Shown: in pieces, positions 51,661 through 64,000 of the stretch
How positions within the stretch are numbered: position 1 is the stretch's first letter
How the letters are laid out: every line of letters starts with the position of its first letter
DNA from: Eledone cirrhosa
Taxonomy: Eukaryota
Direction: 5' to 3'
NCBI GenBank assembly: GCA_964016885.1
Contig: OZ024740.1
Span: 181,784,001-181,848,000 of the forward strand
DNA length: 64,000 nt
Translations under genes and position numbers: made by a program
The notes under the pieces: model-generated
The model's database searches: none
What the model was told of the DNA's origin: nothing
The model's input: only the letters and a program-made list of their open reading frames with translations

Positions 51661-52398
51661 ATATATATATATGTATATATATTATATATGTATATAAATA
51701 AACTTTTTGTTAAGTATAGGTTGAAGAAAGCTCTATATGACACCCTATTACAGAATACTGATGACGTGTATGGCTGGAGCAAATCACTAGCTAGAGTGTG
51801 GATGATGGAGAGGAATGTGGCGAATTTAACAATAAAGGAAACCATAATTATACACACACAGAAACCAGTAATGATCAGTAGAATTGGGCTACATGTGGTA
51901 AAAGTGGCTTCTATGATTACTCCACATATGAGCAATCTACATACAAAACATAGAAAAAGCCGGGTAGAACAGGATGCATCATTTTCTTATTTAAAAAGAT
52001 GGTATTGCCCTTTATATATTTCTATTTGCATCATACCAGCTTTCTGAACTTCTTATCACTTATGATATATATATTTCATCATTTTTTTAATGTTCGCTTT
52101 TCCCTGCTTGCATGGCTGGGACGGGAACTGATTCTGGCTTGATTTCTACAGCTGGATGCCCTTCCTAACACCAACCTCATTTACAGTGAGTGCTGGGTGC
52201 TTTTTTGGTGTGGCACTTTCATGACCACTTTGCAGTGGAATAATAGGGACCCCAGTCCTATCATCTCATTTCTACAGCTGAGTAAACTGGAGCAATGTGA
52301 AATAAAGTTTCTTGCTCAAGGAAACAACACATCATATATATATATATACATCATATGTGATAAGTATTTCAGAAAGCCTCTACAATGCAAATATATAA

Positions 52399-52439
<41 letters not shown>

Positions 52440-53660
52440 AATAGAGAGGAAACAGACAGATAGGTATGTGTGTATATATATACATGCATACATGTGTATT
52501 TTGCTTCCTTTTCTTTCTTGGCTGGTTGTTTGTTTGTTAGAATTTTTACTTATTTGTATAATTTTTCTTTCATTTTTCTTTGAGGAGAGAATAATATACA
52601 GATAGTAAATCCTGAAGATAATTAATAAACTAACATATATAAATTTAATTTGAAATAAGCCATAAAATACACAACACTTATCTTGATAACTCTGTCAAAA
52701 TATTTGGAAATAGTAGTAAACCAAACAGAAAAATGAATTGAGTTTATATTTGAATTAAATTATATACTTCATGTGTTCCATGCTATATCATAAACAGTGA
52801 CAATTGTTGGAGTCAACAAAATACTACTTGGTATTTTCTTTCAAATGTATGCTAACATTTATATAAAACAATTTATTTGTCTGATTTTATGAAGATATTT
52901 TTATACATTTAGCTGAACATAGAACTGTGTTGCAACCACATGATTTCCAACTTCAATCCAACAGATTGGTAGATTTGGCAAATTTCTTCTGTTGTTGTCT
53001 CTTATAATCATCATCATTCTCACTGGTTAATGTCCATTTTTCCACACTAGCATGGGTTAGACATGTTGTTCAGATGTGAGCAAAGCCTGAGCGGATGACC
53101 ACACTGGACTGATTTTGACTTGGTTTCTACAGCTTGATGACCTTCCTAATACCAAACATATTTACAATGTGAACTGGACCTTTTAACTTTTGACACCTAC
53201 ATGTCCACTTTACAGTGTGAACTGGATGATTTTGTCATGATACCTACATGACTACATGACAGTGTGGACTGTGTGCTTTTTGTTGTGACACCAGAAGTGA
53301 CCACTTTACAGTGTGGACTTGGATGTTGCAATGCTGCAAGATAATTATACATGTATATTAAGAATATCTGCAACAGCTGGAAAGAAATAATGTGACAAGC
53401 TCCACTCGATATCTAATGTTTATATACATGAGCAATGGGGCACAAATATGGAACAAGAGAGAAGATTGCACTTGCATGGCATATGATGCATATGGAAGTT
53501 TCATGACATAATGTGCTGGAAAGGGAGGGAAACTGACAGACAAAGTGGGGAAGATTTCAAGAAGCTGAACCTCATGAAGAAGAAAAGGAACAAGCATGAT
53601 GATTGGTGCTAGAAAAGATGTGCCCACCAATGCAAATAAAGCAAAATGGTTGTAAAATAA

Positions 53661-53848
53661 TTGTTTCTACTTTAGGCACAAGGCCAGCAATTACCCAGTG
53701 CATTACTGGTACTTTATTTTATTGACCCCGTAAGGATGAAAGGCAAAGTCAATCTCGGCGGGATTTGAACTCAGATCATAAAGGGACGTAACTATGCTGG
53801 AAAGCATGGCGTCCAACCCTCTACCAATACTGCCAATCCACCACCTGT
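53661..53848 (-). mobile_element. SINE family A copy with 20-bp TSD CAAAATGGTTGTAAAATAAT
   Basis: Family A core with perfect flanking direct repeats. Confidence 0.9.
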
Positions 53849-55889
53849 CAAAATGGTTGTAAAATAATGCTAATAGGTCTTTCCAAGTATGCTCCTGATG
53901 TTTTCATATCTTTCTACTGCCTTATTCATTAATTTCTCATTTATAACCCTTTAGCCTATGCACTGCACTCTAACTGCGTGTAATGAGGGATGGCATTTGG
54001 TCTGTCAATATTCAATAACCCCACTGACACCCATTACTATTATTTTCCTTTTCATTATTACTCTATCTTTATCCCAACATCACCCTTCTATTTCTCTACT
54101 TCACTTCCATCACAATGGCTATGCAATAATAGAGGACATATTCAGTACAATCAGCTGCTAATTCTAACCATAATTTTCTTTCTGTCACTATTTTCCTCCA
54201 CATGATACTTAGTTAATATCTACCACCTCTCAATATCACCCATTCATGTTACTCTCAAACTTTGTTGCCCTTCCTACCCATAAGTTATCGTTATTGCTGT
54301 TTCTTTATCTGTTCAAGCCTTATCTATTTAATTTTTAAACGTCTACCAAGAGCCAACATGCAGCAATTATTCCCTTCTCTGTCATTTCTATTCCTTACAA
54401 TAGTATCTTGCTGTTTCACCTATTGCACTCATATTAACACTCTCTTCTCTTCCACATCTTGGTCATTATGCTCTTTCTATTCACACTCTCAGTCATGTTT
54501 GCCTTGAAAGAATGGACATTATATAGAGTAGAGAGGACTGTTTCATCTTTCAGAGGACAAAGCATTTATATTATATAGCATTGATACCATGATGAAATAC
54601 AGTGTAAATTGACAGTTGAGTTGTAACTCCATAGTGTGGTCAATGCTATTCAATCATGTCAATGACATAAAAACCTTACTTGTGTGAATGACAAATTAAA
54701 ATGCCCACACTATATTTTGTAAAATGGTTGATGTTTAGAAGGGCACCCATTCACAGATATCATGCAAAAAGTAGAAAGTATGAATGACAAATGGTCCTTC
54801 AACTCATCTACAATGACAGGAAGACAAAATAAGATCTGACTCAGACCATACTGACCTTTTCAACTAGTGCTATAGTATAGAATAAAGATGGAAAATGATG
54901 CTGATGATAATTATGGTGGTATATATATAACACCTAGAAAAATCTTGCAAGCTTCACAGGAGATAGTGAGAAAAGGAAGTAAGTGATATTTTTGTAATAG
55001 CACTTTGCTGAGTTCTATATTTAGATACTTCCATTTGATTTGATGAAAAATGGTAGCTGACTAGATTTAGCTGCTGTTTAGAGTCAAAGTGCAAATGATC
55101 ATTTCAGCTAGAAATACTAAAAAAGAAAGAAAATAAAAATCAATGTATGATAAATATAAGTGTCGATATGGAATGGTTTTGAATCAGATTATAGCAAAAG
55201 TTAATATCCTAAATGTTTATAAACATCACAGAGAATATAGAATGCACAGTATGAAAGCATATTGATATATTGCTGATGTAGACAAAGAAAAAAGTTATTT
55301 TTTTCCGTTATGCAATTAGAGATTTTAGATTGAAAATGAAATACATACATATGTATGTACATATATGCAAAATAAAAGCATAGGCACACACATCTGTATG
55401 CACAAAGACACACGCACATATATAATCAACATCATTTATTGTTAATTTTTCTTGCTAGTATGTATATTTACATACACACACATATATATATATGTGTGTA
55501 TGTGTGCATATATACATTTATATATGTATATATATATATACATATAGATAGATAGATAGATAGATAGATATTGATAAAACAACACACATTATTCTACATG
55601 GTATTGAGTTCTCTCTTACTTCATGTATATGGTGGTCATACTGGTGCCACAACAAAAATCACCCAGTCTACCCTGAAAGGTGATATTGGAGGTAATATGA
55701 AAAAAGCACCCTTTATGCATGTGGTTGGTATTAAAGTATCTCCCCATACACAACCAAGCTAAAGACAGATCATTTGAGCAATCACTTGACCTATCAGACC
55801 TCATAACATAACAGCCTGTCTAACCCATTCAAGCATTGAAATAGAAAATAGTCATTAAATGGTGATGATGAAGGATATATATATATATA

Positions 55890-56071
55890 GGTACAATTAT
55901 GACCCCGGCGGCAGAGCTCAAACCGTTTCGACGGCTAATTCAGTCCAGAATTAGCCGTCAAAATGGCTTGAGCTCTGCCGTCGGAGTCATACTTGTACCT
56001 ATTACCCACTCTACTACCCTAAGTATTGAGTACTTTGATGCGTTATGGTCCATCTGGTTCCTTACCACATC
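55890..56071 (+). mobile_element. Palindrome-plus-tail element (family P1), diverged copy
   Basis: A ~110-bp palindrome followed by the TTACCCACTCTACTACC..AAGTATTGAGTAC...TTCCTTACCAC tail. Homologous to the copies at 61041 and 62260. Confidence 0.85.
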
Positions 56072-56410
56072 TCGTACGGTAAAAGATCAGGTGAATAGAG
56101 TTATGCCAAAAAAATTTCTATCTATCATATATATGTTTGAGTGTATAATATAGAAATGACTATAGAACTAGAAGTGTTTCATTCATTTGAAATCAACAGG
56201 AATGATTCAAATGAAAGAAACAGTTCTAGTCCTGTAGAAGTATTTGCAATATAAAATTAACATGCACCTTCTCTACTACTCTATTGAGTACCTTACTTAA
56301 CTGTGGTCTCTTCCCTTATGTTCATTGGAAAACTACCTTTAATATATGCACATATAGGGAAAGGTGGACGTAAAATGATGATGATGATGATGATGATGAT
56401 GACATGCAAA

Positions 56411-57075
56411 GAAATACCAATGATAATCAGCAGACTATTGATGACGGACATTCTTGTTTCTCGGTCTATTTTTATTCATATGTTCATATTCTCAACATCG
56501 CAGCACGCCATTTTTCATCCACATATATTTTTTCCCTTCGCTGTGGTTCGTATTTTTCTGTCACCTTACTGATATCATCTTTCTCTCTCCCCCGTCTCTC
56601 TCCTTCACCTCTTGCTTTCCTCCACTCCCGCTGTTGGTCACTCACTCTCAGCTGGCCCCTTCCTCACACTTCCACTCACTCACTCTCTGCTACTCCTCCT
56701 CTCTCACTCCCTCCCGTCTGACCTGCGTGAAATATTCTTTCCTCTCTCACTTTTCTCATGCCTCGGACGCGTCTGTTTCTTCTCGTCATTTGATTTGTTG
56801 GACTTAAGCCCACAAGATTCATTGACTTGTCTCTCTATTCCTCTCTTTACGTTGCATCACTACCATGTTGTTTGTTTCCTTTCCTCTGTTTTCCTCTGTC
56901 CCGATAACTTAATTTAGTTATCGCTCACACTGATTTTAGGTGTCTAGTCTTTAATGTGAAGAAATACCAATGATAATCAGCAGACTGATGATGGACATTC
57001 TTATTTCTCGGTCTATTTTTATTCATATGTTCATATTCGCAACAACGCAGCACGCCATTTTTTATTCACATATAT
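56411..57075 (+). mobile_element. CT-rich non-coding element with ~115-bp direct terminal repeats (Penelope pLTR-like)
   Basis: GAAATACCAATGATAATCAGCAGACT...CGCAGCACGCCATTTTT at 56411 and 56961. Confidence 0.65.
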
Positions 57076-57640
57076 ATATGATGGCTGCCCCCTCGTTATC
57101 GAGCATGGCCATTGTACAATATACCATTATTAATAATTATTAATTCATTCTATCCTGCGTGAAGATATTTTTTAAAGTGAGGAAAGACTGTGCACTGAGC
57201 CAAACCCAGTCTCTGACAGTAGCTATAACCTGAAAAGAAGAAAAGATCAACATCATCGGTAACTACTGAGCCACAGGTTTTATATCAGAGTTATCCCAGT
57301 TTCCTGAGTTGCCTTCTCCTAGAAGAATGTCCTGACAAAGGCTAGGGGTCCTTCACTCCCAGTGGTCTAACCGTGCAATTGGGTGTCCAGCCGGACTATT
57401 TCTATGCCCCTGCGCACATACATACAAATGCACCCATGTATATACACATATACATACATATGTACATGTGCATATACATATCTACACACTTTTGGATGGC
57501 CGTTGGCGCTTATGAGTTGTTCCGCCCTTTGTCAGGTTCTGTTTTTTCTCCTGCAGGGTGTCCAAAATCACCCTCCTCACCAAGTAAACTTGGTGGGGTT
57601 GCCAGTTTAGTCGTCAACGACCATACATACATATATATAT

Positions 57641-58494
<854 letters not shown>

Positions 58495-58502
58495 ATATAT
58501 AT

Positions 58503-58597
<95 letters not shown>

Positions 58598-58686
58598 TAT
58601 ATACGTTATTCCGGGTTGAATCGGAGGTAACCACAGTAAGTAAGGTACTCAATACATAGCAGAGTATAACAGTTTTAATATAGATG

Positions 58687-58737
58687 AGATTCTACAGGAC
58701 TAGAACTGTTTCATTCATTAGAAATCATCAGGAATCT
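58687..58737 (-). ncRNA. Type I hammerhead ribozyme motif (mirror copy)
   Basis: Exact reverse complement of 60795-60845. Confidence 0.7.
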
Positions 58738-59454
58738 GGGTATCAAAAAATAAATATGGTATTTATAGGTCTCTACAAGTGGTAGGAGAGAGTGGGGAGT
58801 GGGATGGGTGCAGGTCATTGGTTGATAGAAAAGGGAATTCATTAAAAGCTAATTCTACAAAGCTATAGTTAAATTTTATTTATATTTATTTATGTTTTTA
58901 AAGTAACAAAGGCAGACAGAATTCTATAAACAGGTTCCGGATGGCATACCATTCCTTGTCAATAAGTTTCTCTTAAGCTAACAGATGTCTATAAAATCAG
59001 TGGGGGGTCAGTCATGCTGGATAGAATTAAAGAAAAGGGAGATTCTTTAAAAGCTAAAGTCATTAAGGTTCTACTAAGTGACAAAGGTCTAGGGAATTCT
59101 GCAGACAGATTCAAAATACTGAGTGCATATCTTACTATTATCTTCGAACTTCTCTTAAACTAATCAACAATATGCCAAAATCAACAGACACATTCACAAA
59201 AAAACCAAAAAACCAAAAAAACAAAAAAACAGAAAAACAAAAAAACACACATAAAAAACAAAAAAACACACATACTCACTCACACACTTACGCGCAACCA
59301 TAAACACACACACAAACACTTATACACACATAAAAACACACACACATATATAAAAAATATATAAATATATACAAATATATATTCATGTACACACACATAC
59401 ATACACACATACATACATACATACATATATAATACATATACACATATACATACG

Positions 59455-59508
<54 letters not shown>

Positions 59509-59537
59509 CACACATACACACACACACACATATATAC

Positions 59538-59576
<39 letters not shown>

Positions 59577-59579
59577 CAA

Positions 59580-59612
<33 letters not shown>

Positions 59613-59743
59613 GATACACACACACATACACATACATACACACACACACACATATATACACAAATAAATACACTCACACGCATACATACAAACACGAGTA
59701 TACATATGTATAAATATCTATACACACACACAATATGTGTATG

Positions 59744-59777
<34 letters not shown>

Positions 59778-59909
59778 TGTGTGTGTATGTGTGTGTGTAT
59801 AGATATTTATACATATGTATACTCGTGTTTGTATGTATGCGTGTGAGTGTATTTATTTGTGTATATATATGTGTGTGTGTGTGTATGTATGTGTATGTGT
59901 GTGTGTATC

Positions 59910-59982
<73 letters not shown>

Positions 59983-60011
59983 GTATATATGTGTGTGTGT
60001 GTGTATGTGTG

Positions 60012-60069
<58 letters not shown>

Positions 60070-60794
60070 CGTATGTATATGTGTATATGTATTATATATG
60101 TATGTATGTATGTATGTGTGTATGTATGTGTGTGTACATGAATATATATTTGTATATATTTATATATTTTTTATATATGTGTGTGTGTTTTTATGTGTGT
60201 ATATGTGTTTGTGTGTGTGTTTATGGTTGCGCATAAGTGTGTGAGTGAGTATGTGTGTTTTTTTGTTTTTTATGTGTGTTTTTTTGTTTTTCTGTTTTTT
60301 TGTTCTTTTGGTTTTTTTGTTTTTTTGTTTTTTTGTGAATGTGTCTGTTGATTTTGGCATATTGTTGATTAGTTTAAGAGAAGTTCGAAGATAATAGTAA
60401 GATATGCACTCAGTATTTTGAATCTGTCTGCAGAATTCCCTAGACCTTTGTCACTTAGTAGAACCTTAATGACTTTAGCTTTTAAAGAATCTCCCTTTTC
60501 TTTAATTCTATCCAGCATGACTGACCCCCCACTGATTTTATAGACATCTGTTAGCTTAAGAGAAACTTATTGACAAGGAATGGTATGCCATCCGGAACCT
60601 GTTTATAGAATTCTGTCTGCCTTTGTTACTTTAAAAACATAAATAAATATAAATAAAATTTAACTATAGCTTTGTAGAATTAGCTTTTAATGAATTCCCT
60701 TTTCTATCAACCAATGACCTGCACCCATCCCACTCCCCACCCTCTCCTACCACTTGTAGAGACCTATAAATACCATATTTATTTTTTGATACCC

Positions 60795-60845
60795 AGATTC
60801 CTGATGATTTCTAATGAATGAAACAGTTCTAGTCCTGTAGAATCT
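60795..60845 (+). ncRNA. Type I hammerhead ribozyme motif
   Basis: Stem I AGATTC/GAATCT; CTGATGA core; short stem II TTTC-TAAT-GAAT; GAAA; stem III CAG/CTG; GUA cleavage triplet. Stem II begins with a U-U mismatch, so activity is uncertain. Confidence 0.7.
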
Positions 60846-60857
60846 CATCTATATTAA

Positions 60858-62100
<1,243 letters not shown>

Positions 62101-62101
62101 T

Positions 62102-62558
<457 letters not shown>

Positions 62559-62658
62559 GCGAGCAAGACAATCACTCTTGCCTCAAGTGGGACTACCCCC
62601 GTCCAAACCCATGCAAGCGTGGAACACGGGCGTTAAACGTTGATGATGATGATGATGA

Positions 62659-62700
<42 letters not shown>

Positions 62701-62706
<6 letters not shown>

Positions 62707-63097
62707 AAGAAATTAAAAGATGGTTAAAAAAGTTCCATATACTTTATTATGCGCATTTCGAAAACAACATAATCCTGGGACAAAAATTGTGTTCTCAACA
62801 GATAAAATATGGTAACATGATATGAGGCCTAAAAACACTTGTGAACAAGAAAGTGTCCAAACAACAATGTTGACTGGACACTCTCTTGTTCACAAGTCTT
62901 TTTAGATCATGTTACCTTATTTTATCTGATGAGGACACAATTTTTGTCCCAGGATTATATTGTTTTCGAAATGCGCATAATAAAATATATGGAACTTTTT
63001 TAACAATCTTTTAATTTCTTCTTTATATATACTCCAGTTCTACCAACTGTCGAGTGCTACTTATCTGATATATGCATAGTTTTATTGTTCTACAATA
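62701..63097 (+). mobile_element. Palindrome-plus-tail element (family P2): ~150-bp inverted arms (62701-63025) and tail
   Basis: ATAAAGAAGAAATTAAAAGA...GTGTCCA pairs with TGGACAC...TCTTTTAATTTCTTCTTTAT. Tail ACTCCAGTTCTACCAACTGTCGAGTGC. Confidence 0.85.
62918..62987 (+). ncRNA. Minimal type I hammerhead ribozyme motif with palindromic stem III loop
   Basis: Stem I TATTTTAT/ATAAAATA; CTGATGA; stem II GGACACAAT/ATTGTTTTC with G-C closing pair; GAAA-TGCGCA-TA (AUA triplet). Confidence 0.75.
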
Positions 63098-63159
63098 TTA
63101 CTTACCTCCTATATATATATATATATATATATACATATACAAACATACATACATATATA

Positions 63160-63208
<49 letters not shown>

Positions 63209-63232
63209 ATACACATATATATATATAAATAT

Positions 63233-63798
63233 AATCTGAGTTTTTTGAATATTAAGAAAAACATTTGATTCGTTTGCAATTATGCAAACAAGCCTCATTT
63301 TATAGCCATGTCAGTAGAATGAACCCTTCATTCTTGCTCTTGTGTTGGCATGTAAACAGGACTGCAGACACTAATGTTTGTGGGTATCACCCTTCATCAG
63401 TACAGCTCACTGTTCACATGCCAACTGTCAGAGCTAGTTAAAATATATGCTATTTTCTAAAATATACCGTGACTGATCAGCCTGATTTACATATTAGCAG
63501 ACTGGCTGATCAGTCAGATCTACATATTAGCAGATCCACTGATCAGCCAGATTTGCATATCAGCAGACTGGCCAGTCAGTTTCCTGTATACGAGCGATAA
63601 ATGGCTGGCTTTGCCACATTCAAATAAAAAAGAAAATTTTCGCTCTACATGGCTGAATACAATAAATGTAATCTAAGTTTTTCGAATATTAATAACATTC
63701 GATTCGTTTGCAATTATGCAAACAAGCCTTATTTTATTTTTAATATTCGAAAAACTCAGATTACATTATTGTAATCAGTCATGTAGAGCGAAAATTTT

Positions 63799-63803
<5 letters not shown>
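63233..63803. repeat. Composite element: direct repeat (63233-63302/63670-63735), inverted repeat (63628-63692/63740-63803), three ~33-bp tandem units
   Basis: Visible repeats GATTCGTTTGCAATTATGCAAACAAGCC, AAAGAAAATTTTCGCTCTACATG and CTGATCAG..GATTT.CATAT.AGCAGA. TA tracts lie on both sides. Confidence 0.75.
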
Positions 63804-63875
<72 letters not shown>

Positions 63876-64000
63876 TATACATATACATATATATATATAT
63901 ACAAACATATATATCATCATCATCATCATTTTACGTCCACTTTTCCCTGCTTGCAGGGTTGGAACGGGAACTGATTCTGGCTTGATTTCTACAGCTGGAT

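Noticed and set aside
51360-52047. ORFs 51360..51935 and 51688..52047
   Set aside because: They span an RTE tail, microsatellite and AT-rich sequence, with no coherent protein signal.
59280-60244. Long ORFs rich in Y/I/C/V (also at 6.4-7.0, 19.5, 58.1 and 60.9-62.8 kb)
   Set aside because: They are translations of (TA)n/(TG)n microsatellites that lack stop codons.

Overview
This is AT-rich, microsatellite-laden animal genomic DNA. It is most likely octopod cephalopod, inferred from the SINE/RTE repeat families and very long (TA)n/(CA)n tracts, not from any database search. No intact host protein-coding gene can be supported, and the window is almost entirely transposable elements and their remnants. 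It holds two full-length but decayed LTR retrotransposons: a compact element at 1607-5836 (ATTTG target duplication, intact -1 frameshift signal) and a CsRn1-like Gypsy element at 34391-39184. It also holds a Tx1/L1-like LINE, R4/Dong, CR1 and RTE LINE fragments, several tRNA-derived SINE families, a foldback MITE and a non-autonomous Helitron. The most notable signal is a set of non-coding elements carrying hammerhead-ribozyme motifs, mostly embedded in (TA)n tracts and concentrated at 55.9-63.8 kb. They share one architecture (inverted arm, direct arm, then a short unique tail) and range from ~85-110 bp hairpins to a ~2.2 kb palindrome. Three copies have a complete type I hammerhead fold (58687-58737 minus, 60795-60845 plus, 62918-62987 plus), which points to Penelope-like pLTR or retrozyme-like non-autonomous elements. 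All coordinates and difference counts were read by eye.
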